NCBI GenBank assembly: GCA_043799565.1 | Contig: JAZDNP010000008.1 | Coordinates: forward strand, 9,553 to 73,552 | Origin: Candidatus Brennerbacteria bacterium | GTDB lineage: Bacteria; Patescibacteriota; Minisyncoccia; UBA6257; GWB1-50-10 | DNA length: 64,000 bases | Reading direction: 5' to 3' | Shown: positions 36,714 to 45,656 of the stretch, piece by piece | Layout of the letters: the number at the start of each line of letters is the position of its first letter | Position numbering within the stretch: the stretch's first letter is position 1 | Program-made: the position numbers and the translations under genes | The notes under the pieces: model-generated | Seen by the model: only the letters and a program-made list of their open reading frames with translations | Databases searched by the model: none | Told to the model about the DNA's origin: nothing

Positions 36714-37304
36714 CTACTCCCCCGCGTCAGCAAGTGTCAAAAGCGCATCGCGGGCTTCAGGTAATTCAATAGTGCCGGTAGAACCGCTAAAATGGCCGCG
36801 CTTGGAAAGTGTAAGTATCTCCGAACCTAACTTGTCTCGAAAATCATCTTGGTTATCAAGCGGCACATAGGGATCATCATCCGAGAAAATCGCGATACTC
36901 GCCGGCAGATGAGATTTCACTTTTTGAAGGTCAGGCGACACGTCGAGCCAGTGATGCGCCATCGCCACCACTTCCTCTCCCTCTTCTTCAATACCGGTGA
37001 GGCGTTTGAAATATCCACCGACAAACACCGCTCCTCCTACCTTCTCATCGCCGGGAAGTGACTCGAGGTACCGCACGATGGTCTGCACGCCCATACTGTG
37101 ACCGACAAAATAGGTTTGCTCGTCGGTTGCGCCTACCGCCTCCGCAAGTGCCGGCACCCATTTTTCAATGCGCGGATGTGCTGCATCCGGCATCTGCGGC
37201 ACGTACACCTCAAAACCTTTCGCTTCCAATTCTTTCTTCAGCCACGGAAACCAACCCTCTTCGGGATATCCATCCCATCCGTGGACGATGAATACGCGCT
37301 TCAT
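36714..37304 (-). CDS. Alpha/beta-fold serine hydrolase (YdeN/RBBP9-like)
   Basis: IVHGW, GHSMG nucleophile elbow, ~190 aa, family-typical length. Confidence 0.75.
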   Translation of the reverse strand: MKRVFIVHGWDGYPEEGWFPWLKKELEAKGFEVYVPQMPDAAHPRIEKWVPALAEAVGATDEQTYFVGHSMGVQTIVRYLESLPGDEKVGGAVFVGGYFKRLTGIEEEGEEVVAMAHHWLDVSPDLQKVKSHLPASIAIFSDDDPYVPLDNQDDFRDKLGSEILTLSKRGHFSGSTGTIELPEARDALLTLADAGE

Positions 37305-38050
37305 TATCGCGTGGTGCCTTGTTCGATCTTCTCCGCGACGTTCCGTGCGCTCGCCTCAAACGCCTCCTGCAACCCTAGTGCTTGTTCTGGTTTCAACTGC
37401 TTTATTCTCGGATCCCCATACCCTACCACGCTCCATACCTCGCCTCCCCTGACAAAAACTTTGCGCCGATCCCGGAGTGAATCTACGCTTGCATCCGCTT
37501 CCGCAATAGCATCCAAACCTTTGCCAAAATAAGCAAGCGCAGCGGAATCCGCCGAAGCATCGGTTTCTCCATTTATATACACCATCTTGTCGGCGCGGCC
37601 ATCCATGTCTCCATCGTGCCAGTACCGTCCTCCCCCCAACACATTCCCGCTCTGCGGATCTTTATGCGCACTTTCATGTACCACAAGTTGCTTTCCGTCG
37701 GTTCGCGCAAATCCCGACTGAAACACCGTCTTTCCATCCGGTTCGACCCGTCGAAAATCCTTTCTTAGAAACCCGCCTTCCTTCTCTGGTTTAATGAAGT
37801 TGACGATGCGATCCTCGGACTGCTTTGCCTTGCGCACTGCCTCCACCATTTGTTCAGCGCCAGATTCTTGGGAAAAAAGTTCGGGGCTCAGAAGCGCAGC
37901 TAGAAGCGCGAGGCGGCGGCCCATTCTTGCGAGGCCGGATGCCCCCACCCTTGCGAGAAAATTGAGGTCCTCCGCCCTTTCCTCGAAACTGGCGACTTCT
38001 TCCTGCTCTTCCGGCCCCACTTCAAAACCATTTTTCTCGAGGTTTCGCAT
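37304..38050 (-). CDS. Hypothetical protein with HExxH motif (putative zinc metallopeptidase)
   Basis: VVHESAHKD motif; stop overlaps hydrolase start (ATGA); no signal peptide. Confidence 0.55.
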   Translation of the reverse strand: MRNLEKNGFEVGPEEQEEVASFEERAEDLNFLARVGASGLARMGRRLALLAALLSPELFSQESGAEQMVEAVRKAKQSEDRIVNFIKPEKEGGFLRKDFRRVEPDGKTVFQSGFARTDGKQLVVHESAHKDPQSGNVLGGGRYWHDGDMDGRADKMVYINGETDASADSAALAYFGKGLDAIAEADASVDSLRDRRKVFVRGGEVWSVVGYGDPRIKQLKPEQALGLQEAFEASARNVAEKIEQGTTR

Positions 38051-38057
38051 GGTACGT

Positions 38058-38534
38058 TTATTGTACCCCTAAAAGCTCCACCTCAAATATGAGCGTTGAG
38101 TTCGCGGGGATAAGGCCACCGCCCACTTCTGCACTTCCATACGCAAGTGCGGGCGGGATGGTAAGCTTGCGCTTCCCGCCCACTTTCATACCCGCGACGC
38201 CCTCGTCCCAACCCGCAATAACCTGCCGTGCCCCGAGTAAGAATGAAAACGGCTGCCCGCGATCCAATGAACTATCAAACTTGTTCCCATTCACGAGCCA
38301 CCCCGTGTAGTGCACCGAAACGGTAGCGCCCGCCACCGCTTCCACACCCGTCCCCACCGTCAAATCCTCTACCTTCAACCCACTCGCAAGCGTCTGTTCA
38401 TTTGAGTTTCCCATAAAAAGAAAATATGCCGCGACGAGCACGACAAGCCCGCCGACCGCAAACCAAATTGTTTTGTTTTTCATATGACCAGTGTAACAAA
38501 TTGGCGACGCGCGGCAATCAATGAGGCCCGCCAA
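38058..38534 (-). CDS. FKBP-type peptidyl-prolyl cis-trans isomerase, membrane-anchored
   Basis: FKBP motifs (VHYTGWLVNGNKFDSS, GWDEGVAGMKVGGKRKLTIPP, LIFEVELL); TM helix; probable true start MKNKTIW at 38483. Confidence 0.88.
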   Translation of the reverse strand: MAGLIDCRASPICYTGHMKNKTIWFAVGGLVVLVAAYFLFMGNSNEQTLASGLKVEDLTVGTGVEAVAGATVSVHYTGWLVNGNKFDSSLDRGQPFSFLLGARQVIAGWDEGVAGMKVGGKRKLTIPPALAYGSAEVGGGLIPANSTLIFEVELLGVQ

Positions 38535-38562
38535 AATGAAGCGGTAGGAGCGTACAATTATA

Positions 38563-39312
38563 GTGTGGAAAACAAATTTTAATGAGGCGGTGGAATATAT
38601 TATAAAAACCGTCAGGGAAAAGACCGGGGTTTCCCTTGATGACTCCGTCGTCGTAGAAGATAGAAGCTATGACGTCTATTTTTTTGGCGCTCGCACGCTT
38701 GCTCAATACGCGACAAGGTTTGAAAAAAGTGCGCGCGCTGACCAGATAAGAAATGTGCTTGAGTTGTACGGAGTCATGATGAAAGCAGTTGATATGGTAA
38801 CTGACGATGGAACGAAAACCATGAATTACTACTGCGATCTTATGAAACGCCCTTCCCTTTTTGATCGGGATGATTTTGCGAGTTCACTCGTTTCCAGCTT
38901 TGTAAAAATCGGTTATGTAGGTAAAGAGGACCTTGATAATTTTTATGCGGTCGCGCGCGAATCTTTAAACGAAAGAAACTCCCGAAACGTTAATGAATAT
39001 CTCTGCGCGCGAAGGGAGGTAACGCGATATCTTGTAAAGATCGGCATTATTTCAATACGAGAGTTTATTGATAACAAACGATTTAATGAATTTTTTTATA
39101 GATTACTTCACGTAGTGGACCTGTTCGATTGTGCGTGCGATCTTCGTGAGGACGTAGAACGAAAGGAAATTTCTTTCCACGTCGGTTTACAAGAACGCCT
39201 TAAAATATATTCTGAAGCAACCAAGTACTTTGTAACGCTCGTCGTTCGTTATCCTTTCGTCTTGAAAGACGTGGTCCGTTTTTGGGAAGTTCTGAACCGA
39301 CCCCATCGGTAA
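38563..39312 (+). CDS. Hypothetical protein (249 aa) in a lower-GC segment
   Basis: Long ORF, A+T-richer than surrounding DNA, no recognisable domain. Confidence 0.55.
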   Translation: MWKTNFNEAVEYIIKTVREKTGVSLDDSVVVEDRSYDVYFFGARTLAQYATRFEKSARADQIRNVLELYGVMMKAVDMVTDDGTKTMNYYCDLMKRPSLFDRDDFASSLVSSFVKIGYVGKEDLDNFYAVARESLNERNSRNVNEYLCARREVTRYLVKIGIISIREFIDNKRFNEFFYRLLHVVDLFDCACDLREDVERKEISFHVGLQERLKIYSEATKYFVTLVVRYPFVLKDVVRFWEVLNRPHR

Positions 39313-39420
39313 AACGCACAGCAATAAGCGCGAGCGTGACCCATATGTGATAATTTTAAGTTTTTCCATTTGCAGATGGGGTGGGAGTTCGGCTTCGCCT
39401 CACACGCCGCGCAAGGGATA

Positions 39421-39448
39421 AAAAAAGACCCTCGCACACACGAGGGCC
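39421..39448 (-). terminator. Terminator hairpin between convergent genes (stronger on minus strand)
   Basis: CCCTCG-CACACA-CGAGGG; on the minus strand followed by UCUUUUUUUAUCCC. Confidence 0.65.
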
Positions 39449-39478
39449 TCTGCAAACTAATAACGAGAAGGAGGAGAT

Positions 39479-39892
39479 TCAGCCACATGCTGTGGGAAAG
39501 TATTTTGATTTGCTGCGAAGGCGCGCGATGATTGCCGTCGCCATAGCATCGGTCACCTCTTCCACCGTTCCCTGAAGCGGCTCCTCGGTGCAATGGGTCG
39601 CGTAGGCGCTTTCTCCCTTGCAATAGAGATGAGCGTTTATTACTCTGACACCGAGTCCACTTCCAAGAACATATCCTTCGGGAAAGAAAGTGCATTCGAC
39701 TAGGACCGGCACGCCAAATTCCGAGCTGTACATATTCGACTCATGCCAGGCGATTGTGATTTTTGCTCTGCCTTCGAACCCGCTGGACGAAAGTTCGTCG
39801 ATTTTGATGCTCAGGCCGATGAAAGCGTTGAACAAATCACGGTTTCCGCGAGCCTTCCTTGCCGGCTCACTAATTGTCATGAACGTATCCAC
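39479..39892 (-). CDS. Hypothetical protein (~137 aa)
   Basis: GTG start with AAGGAG 7 nt upstream and a textbook TTGACA-17-TACACT promoter; ORF track's longer version (to 39961) starts at TTG inside the promoter. Confidence 0.6.
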   Translation of the reverse strand: MDTFMTISEPARKARGNRDLFNAFIGLSIKIDELSSSGFEGRAKITIAWHESNMYSSEFGVPVLVECTFFPEGYVLGSGLGVRVINAHLYCKGESAYATHCTEEPLQGTVEEVTDAMATAIIARLRSKSKYFPTACG

Positions 39893-40057
39893 GATAAATC
39901 TCCTTGTGTGGTAGTGGTAATGGTCTGTGGTCAGTGTAGCACATATAATAACTATTGTCAAGAACCGTTAACGGGACAAACAGTACCGACAAAGCGGTGC
40001 TGTTTTGCGGAGGGGGTGGGATTCGGCCTCAACTAAATCACTTTCTCCCGCACAAAG

Positions 40058-40144
40058 CGGAAGGGGCGAGATTCGAACTCGCGAGAGGATTTCTCCCCTA
40101 CAGTCTTTCCAGGACTGCGCCTTAGACCACTCGGCCACCCTTCC
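40058..40144 (-). tRNA. tRNA-Ser (anticodon GGA)
   Basis: Class II tRNA: acceptor GGAAGGG/CCCTTCC, anticodon stem CAGTC/GACTG with loop CTGGAAA, long variable arm, T-arm GCGAG-TTCGAAT-CTCGC, discriminator G; CCA not encoded. Confidence 0.85.
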
Positions 40145-40206
40145 GCTTTAAGCGGGGACAATCCGTCTTCAGCGGATTTAGTCCAATAACAACTTACAAC
40201 GAACAT

Positions 40207-41085
40207 TTACCAGCGTCCACTCGCGCCGCCGCCGCCAGAGTGGCCACCGCCAAAACCGCCGAATCCTCCCCCACCAAACCCACCGTGTCCACCGTGACCC
40301 CCGCCACCTATCCACCACGGGAAGTGGCCGGTCGTTTTCCCACGCGCATATGCTCGTGATACCGTAAAATCAAACGCGAGCCCGACGACCATAAAAAACG
40401 CTATCGCCACAACGCCCGTCCATAAAAATCCGTACGCAGTACCCGTGATAGCGCCTGCAACGGCACCAATAACGCCTCCCGCCCACCACGACTTGGACCG
40501 AGCAAGAATGCTTCCGAGCCAAAGTGGTAGGAAAAAGATAGCCCAGAACCAGTCGATATCGATTGGTAAAAGCTTGTTCGGCGCGGGCGCATATTCACCA
40601 CCGAGCGCTTCTATCGTCGCGTCCACCGCTTCCACTATCCCATCACCAAACATTCCGCTCTGAAACGCAGGCACTAAAACATTCCGAATAATTGCGGCAC
40701 TTTCAATGTCGGTAAGCACAGGTTCCAATCCATATCCCACCTCAATACGCATCTCGCGCTCATCCCGTGCAATGAGAAGAAGAACGCCGGTATCCATTTT
40801 TTCGTCGCCTATTCCCCATTCATCAAAAAGCGCCACGGCATAGTCCTCTATGGGGTCGCCGCCAAGCGAAGGAACAGTCACGACCGCGATTTCATTCCCG
40901 CTCTCTTCTGCGTACGTAGAAAGCTTCGATTCCAACCCCTCGGCTTCGCTCGGGGTGAGCATCGCCGCAAAATCATTCACAAATCCCCGAGGCTCACCTG
41001 GGCTTGCGTATGCCAAAACCGCAAACGGCGCCAATATCGTGGCAATACCTACCACCATTATATTTCTTACGTTGAGGAATGCCAC
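40207..41085 (-). CDS. TPM-domain (TLP18.3/Psb32/MOLO-1 family) phosphatase-like protein with TM helix and Gly-rich tail
   Basis: TPM core (FVNDFAAMLTP...IAVVTVPSLGG...GVLLLIARDEREMRIEVGYGLE); C-terminal GGGGHGGHGGFGGGGFGG repeat. Confidence 0.85.
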   Translation of the reverse strand: MAFLNVRNIMVVGIATILAPFAVLAYASPGEPRGFVNDFAAMLTPSEAEGLESKLSTYAEESGNEIAVVTVPSLGGDPIEDYAVALFDEWGIGDEKMDTGVLLLIARDEREMRIEVGYGLEPVLTDIESAAIIRNVLVPAFQSGMFGDGIVEAVDATIEALGGEYAPAPNKLLPIDIDWFWAIFFLPLWLGSILARSKSWWAGGVIGAVAGAITGTAYGFLWTGVVAIAFFMVVGLAFDFTVSRAYARGKTTGHFPWWIGGGGHGGHGGFGGGGFGGFGGGHSGGGGASGRW

Positions 41086-41165
41086 GTTTATTGTCCGAGG
41101 GTGCTATACCTAGGTATAGCACCCTTTATCCCCTGCCACACCCACGCCTAACTCCCGATATGTAC

Positions 41166-41720
41166 CTAGAGCTCCACCTGCGGCGCGTTTTCAGCACCTT
41201 CCGCCGCTTCAAAGTATTCGCGTTCACCGAAACCAAAGATGCTCGCAACTACATTGCTCGGAAAACGCTTTACCGAAACATTCAATTCACGCACCGCATC
41301 ATTGAACCGCCGGCGCTCCACCGACACGCGATTTTCCGTGCCTGCGAGTTCCGCCATAAGTCCATTCACACTCTCAACGGAACGAAGCTGTGGATAGTTT
41401 TCCATAATGACGAGGAGCCGCCCCAAAGCGCTTTCCACTTCGGTTGCTGCCGCCGCTTTTTTATCCACCGTACCTGCACCCGCGTACCGCGTGCGCGCAT
41501 CCGCCAAAGCGCCGAACACTTCCTCCTCCTGCGCCATAATTCCCTTCACCGCATTCACAAGATTCGGGATGAGGTCAAAACGGCGCTGGTATGCCGTCTC
41601 CACCTGCGCCCACTGGCCATCTACCGCCTCATTCTTCCCCACAAAACCGTTATACGCACTCCACCCATAGAGAAGCACCAACGCCACGACTGCAATCACA
41701 ATCCACCAAGTTTTATTCAT
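41166..41720 (-). CDS. LemA family protein
   Basis: N-terminal TM then LemA core (QVETAYQRRFDLIPNLV...MENYPQLRS...RRRFNDAVRELN); conserved LemA-TPM gene pair. Confidence 0.88.
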   Translation of the reverse strand: MNKTWWIVIAVVALVLLYGWSAYNGFVGKNEAVDGQWAQVETAYQRRFDLIPNLVNAVKGIMAQEEEVFGALADARTRYAGAGTVDKKAAAATEVESALGRLLVIMENYPQLRSVESVNGLMAELAGTENRVSVERRRFNDAVRELNVSVKRFPSNVVASIFGFGEREYFEAAEGAENAPQVEL

Positions 41721-41780
41721 AACGGCATTATATCACAAAATAATACGCCGCTCCGTCATAAAGACCGGAGCGGCATTGAT

Positions 41781-43529
41781 TCAACTGCCAACCGCGTGTG
41801 CAACTTCCTCGTACGGAATGCCTTTTGCGGTCCTCGCAAAAAGATACGCTGGCGTGCGGTCGGTGCGCGCGATATCCGCCCATAACGGATAGGCGCCGCA
41901 AAGCGCCGCGTCCATTTGGAGCGTGATTTCACGCACCTCGTGGTTCACAGAGAACTTACTCCGCTGCCAGAGCACGAACTCCCACTGCGAGAGGTTGCCT
42001 CCCGCCTGGAACCCGACCATGTTGCCGAGCGCGAGCGGATACTGGCACATCTCCGGCAACACGCCTGCAGAACGCATGTGCCGATAGAGCGAAGCGTCCC
42101 TTCCCTGCACCGAGAGGAACCACACTTCGAGCCATTCCGGCGCTAGCTTGTCATACCGGTAGAACCCGATATCCGGCGTGAGGTAGGTGCGGAAATGCGT
42201 GCAGAACCCATGCCGATGAAGATCGCGCCACCCCCGAAAGCTCATTACTCCACGGAAAAATCCCGAGAAGTATTCAAACTGATTCGGGAGCTTGTCATGA
42301 GCACCACGGTCTTTCGCGTCGGGACACCGCATCCTGGCTTCCCCCTCGAAATCCTGGAGCGCGAGTTCCAACTTCGCGAGAAGTTGAATGTTCTCGTCCC
42401 CAAACCATCCAATGACGTGGGGCAGAACAAGACCTTCTCCGGAAAAAAAATTCCGCGTTGAGAGATACTTCCAGTCCCTGCGTTTCGCTTCCGTAACCTC
42501 CGTATGACGCAGAAATTGGTCGCCTCCCACCATCTTTGCTTCTTCCGTGATGAAGTCAGCGAGCGCGATGTTCTCCGGAGTATTATCCAGCAAAAGATGC
42601 CGGATTAATTCCGGAAACGCTTCGCCACTCACCGATACGCCAAGCGAAGTGAGGGTCGCGGCCGGTAAAAGATTGCCGAGCAAATCGCAGGCCTCTCCCT
42701 TCACCGCCGCGGCGAGTTCCTTCTCCGGCACGCGTGAGCCGTGCACTTCACGGAAATAGACCTCAAGCGACCCGTCCTGCATGGCATCTTGGTAAAGCTT
42801 GAGACTTTCCCTCGCGTTTTCCTCCGCGCGAACCACCAGCTCTTCTTCAACGCCTGCATCGCGAAGATCTCCCCAAAACGGATAGAGCTCCGCTCTGTCC
42901 ATCCGCACAAAGCGGGTGGAAAGCTCGATGTAGCCGGCGCCGGGACGTCCCCACTCCATGGACTTTGCCGCAAGAATGGAAACACCTTCCGCACCGAACG
43001 TGAGCATGGCGCCACGCGCGATGGAATTGTGCCCGTACTTATCCAAGAAGAGCGCCATGAACCACCGGAACCGCGGCGACGATGCAAGCTTCTCAAAATA
43101 CTTCGGGTCCGCGGATGCACAGATGAACTCCCGAAACAGTGCGTAATGCTCGTCAGAATACGAGATAAATCGTTCGAGCGTGACTAGGCCTTGTTCCTTG
43201 AGAAACTCCTGCATGTCGCCCACAAGCGCTTTGAGCTCCTCGTCAGTCTTCGTCTCCGTCGCAAACCTCTCCGAAAAGCTCAAGAGTATGAGCGGCATGA
43301 GATTGTCCACGAAGTGCCCCCGAATGCCGCGCGCGTTCTCAATGCGTGAATACATGGAGAGCAGCGCGGCGCCGACCGACGGCGGGAGACCGAAGATAAA
43401 GAACACCCTCTGCGTCGTGTTCGTGAAGAAACGACGAAGCGCGTAGAGCTCGAGCGGCATGAACGTGTAGCTCACGGCCTGCCGCACCCATTGCACTGCG
43501 CCCTGAGAAACCAAACCTGTGTCTGGCAT
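41781..43529 (-). CDS. Large hypothetical protein (582 aa)
   Basis: Long ORF, no domain recognised. Confidence 0.6.
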   Translation of the reverse strand: MPDTGLVSQGAVQWVRQAVSYTFMPLELYALRRFFTNTTQRVFFIFGLPPSVGAALLSMYSRIENARGIRGHFVDNLMPLILLSFSERFATETKTDEELKALVGDMQEFLKEQGLVTLERFISYSDEHYALFREFICASADPKYFEKLASSPRFRWFMALFLDKYGHNSIARGAMLTFGAEGVSILAAKSMEWGRPGAGYIELSTRFVRMDRAELYPFWGDLRDAGVEEELVVRAEENARESLKLYQDAMQDGSLEVYFREVHGSRVPEKELAAAVKGEACDLLGNLLPAATLTSLGVSVSGEAFPELIRHLLLDNTPENIALADFITEEAKMVGGDQFLRHTEVTEAKRRDWKYLSTRNFFSGEGLVLPHVIGWFGDENIQLLAKLELALQDFEGEARMRCPDAKDRGAHDKLPNQFEYFSGFFRGVMSFRGWRDLHRHGFCTHFRTYLTPDIGFYRYDKLAPEWLEVWFLSVQGRDASLYRHMRSAGVLPEMCQYPLALGNMVGFQAGGNLSQWEFVLWQRSKFSVNHEVREITLQMDAALCGAYPLWADIARTDRTPAYLFARTAKGIPYEEVAHAVGS

Positions 43530-43603
43530 AACATACCTCGTGATTTGTGATTGTGAATGGATTGGGCTGACCCCACCCTAAACCCTTACGGGTCGGGCGG
43601 TCA

Positions 43604-43645
43604 AATCAAAAACCGCCCCTTCGGCAAGGGCGGCTTTTGTTTTCG
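43604..43645 (-). terminator. Rho-independent terminator after groEL
   Basis: GCCGCCC-TTGCCGAA-GGGGCGG stem followed by UUUUUGAUUU on the minus strand. Confidence 0.8.
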
Positions 43646-43646
43646 G

Positions 43647-45272
43647 TTAATAATCCATCCCTCCCGGCATACCACCTACGGGCGGGACTTCCTTCTTCGG
43701 AATCTCCGTGACAGCCACGCCTATCGTCAGGTAGGTTGCCGCCACCGAAACGGCATTCATGAGCGCCTCTTTCGTAACCTTCAAGGGGTCAATAATGCCG
43801 GCCTTCTTCAAGTCCTCCACCTTGTTCGCGGTGGCATTGAAGCCGACCCATGCATCCTTTGCGCTTTCAATTTCTTTCTTTATGTCGCCAGGCGTACGTC
43901 CACTGTTCGAGATAATGGCGGTGAGCGGCGCTTCCAGGGCGCTCCCAATAATGCGTCTTGCTTCATCGGAAACGGGATCTCTGGAACCCGCGCCAATTTT
44001 GTGTTTCGCATTAAAGAGCGCGATGCCGCCGCCCGGCACGATGCCTTCCTCCATCGCGGCGCGCGTTGCCGCAACCGCATCTTCCACACGCTGTTTCAAT
44101 TCCTTCTGCGCGGACTCCGTCGGCGCACCAACTTTAATGACCGCGACGCCGCCCGCAAGCTTGCCCAAGCGCTCATTCAGTTTTTCTTTATCGTAGTCAG
44201 AGTCCGTGCGCTTCACCTGCTCGCGCAGTTGTTTCACGCGGTCCTCAATAACTTTCTTATCGCCCTTGCCGCCTACAATAGTCGTTTTATCCTTGTCCGA
44301 AACCACGCGGTGCGCGTGCCCAAGTTCCTCCACATCCACATTTTCCAACTTCTTCCCGAGGTCCTCCGAGATGAGCGTAGCGCCGGTTATGACCGCAATA
44401 TCCTGGAGCATTTCTTTTTTGCGGTCGCCGAAGCCCGGGGCTTTCACCGCAAGCACGCTGAAGATGCCGCGAAGTTTATTGAGTATTAGCGTGGTCAAAG
44501 CTTCGCCCTCTACTTCCTCCGCAATAATGACAAGCTCCTTCTCGCCGCTCTGCACGAGCTTTTCCAAAAGGGGAAGTAGCTCCTGAATGGAAGATATTTT
44601 CCTGTCCGTCACGAGTATCGCCGGATCCTCTATTGTTGCCTCCATTCGCTCCTGGCTCGTCACCATGTAGGGCGAGACGTAGCCGCGGTCGAATTGCATC
44701 CCTTCCACCATTTCATGCGAGTTCCCCACCGTGTTGGAATCATCAATGGTCACCACACCCTCGCGGCCCACTTTGCCGAACACCTCCGCGATAAGCTTCC
44801 CGATCTCGCCGTCCTTCGCAGAAAGTGTCGCTACTTCCTCGATTTTCTTCGCGTCATTGATAGGCTCTTTCTGCTCTTCAAGCGCCTTCACCACCTTTAC
44901 GCTCTCCCTCTTCAGCTCCTCCGCAAGCTGGATAACGTTGAACCCCTTCTCGCGGATGGCCTTCTCGCCCTCCTCTATCAGAGCATGCGCGAGAACCACC
45001 GCGGTGGACGTACCGTCGCCTACGTTGTCATTCGTCTTATCCGCCGCCTGTTTCAGAAATTCGGCGCCCAAGTTCTCGTACTTATCCTCCAATTCAATCT
45101 CCTTCGCGACCGTCACACCGTCAAACGTAACTTGCGGTGCCCCGTACGATTTCTCAATAACCGCCGCCCGGCCGCGGGGACCCAGGGTCATCCGCACCGC
45201 TTCCGCAAGCTTATCAATGCCCTTCTTCATCGCCGCACGGGCGTCTTCGTTAAATTTTATCTGTTTTGCCAT
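43647..45272 (-). CDS. groL: Chaperonin GroEL
   Basis: 541 aa; canonical GroEL including GDGTSTA and C-terminal GGMPGGMDY. Confidence 0.97.
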   Translation of the reverse strand: MAKQIKFNEDARAAMKKGIDKLAEAVRMTLGPRGRAAVIEKSYGAPQVTFDGVTVAKEIELEDKYENLGAEFLKQAADKTNDNVGDGTSTAVVLAHALIEEGEKAIREKGFNVIQLAEELKRESVKVVKALEEQKEPINDAKKIEEVATLSAKDGEIGKLIAEVFGKVGREGVVTIDDSNTVGNSHEMVEGMQFDRGYVSPYMVTSQERMEATIEDPAILVTDRKISSIQELLPLLEKLVQSGEKELVIIAEEVEGEALTTLILNKLRGIFSVLAVKAPGFGDRKKEMLQDIAVITGATLISEDLGKKLENVDVEELGHAHRVVSDKDKTTIVGGKGDKKVIEDRVKQLREQVKRTDSDYDKEKLNERLGKLAGGVAVIKVGAPTESAQKELKQRVEDAVAATRAAMEEGIVPGGGIALFNAKHKIGAGSRDPVSDEARRIIGSALEAPLTAIISNSGRTPGDIKKEIESAKDAWVGFNATANKVEDLKKAGIIDPLKVTKEALMNAVSVAATYLTIGVAVTEIPKKEVPPVGGMPGGMDY

Positions 45273-45276
45273 AACA

Positions 45277-45576
45277 CTATTCGATTATTCCTAAAATATC
45301 GTCCTCATCCACGAGAAAGAATTTTTTACCTTCCTCCTCGAACTTGTGATCTTCGGACCACGGTTCCTTGAAAAGGATGCTGTCGCCGACCTTGACCGAG
45401 AGTGGGAGCCGCTCGCCTTTTTCCGAAAGCTTACCCGAACCTACCGCCACGACCGTTCCCTTCACCTGCTTTTTCTTATCAGCCGTGTCGGGGAGTACGA
45501 TGCCGGACTTCGTTGTTTTCGCGTCGTCGGCAACCGCCTCCACGAGCACGTGGTTAGAAAGTGGTTTTAATTTCAT
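45277..45576 (-). CDS. groS: Co-chaperonin GroES
   Basis: 99 aa; mobile loop and GroES fold. Confidence 0.95.
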   Translation of the reverse strand: MKLKPLSNHVLVEAVADDAKTTKSGIVLPDTADKKKQVKGTVVAVGSGKLSEKGERLPLSVKVGDSILFKEPWSEDHKFEEEGKKFFLVDEDDILGIIE

Positions 45577-45597
45577 TGTTTTTCCATTATTGACGTT

Positions 45598-45624
45598 TTA
45601 GCAGCAACGACCGTTTACTGCTAA
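45598..45624 (-). promoter_or_regulatory. CIRCE-like inverted repeat (putative HrcA operator) upstream of groES
   Basis: TTAGCAGCA-N9-TACTGCTAA versus CIRCE consensus TTAGCACTC-N9-GAGTGCTAA; 21 nt upstream of groES ATG; TAGAAT -10-like box just beyond. Confidence 0.55.
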
Positions 45625-45656
45625 TTGCATGGATTATTCTAGTCGGAAGGCGCACT

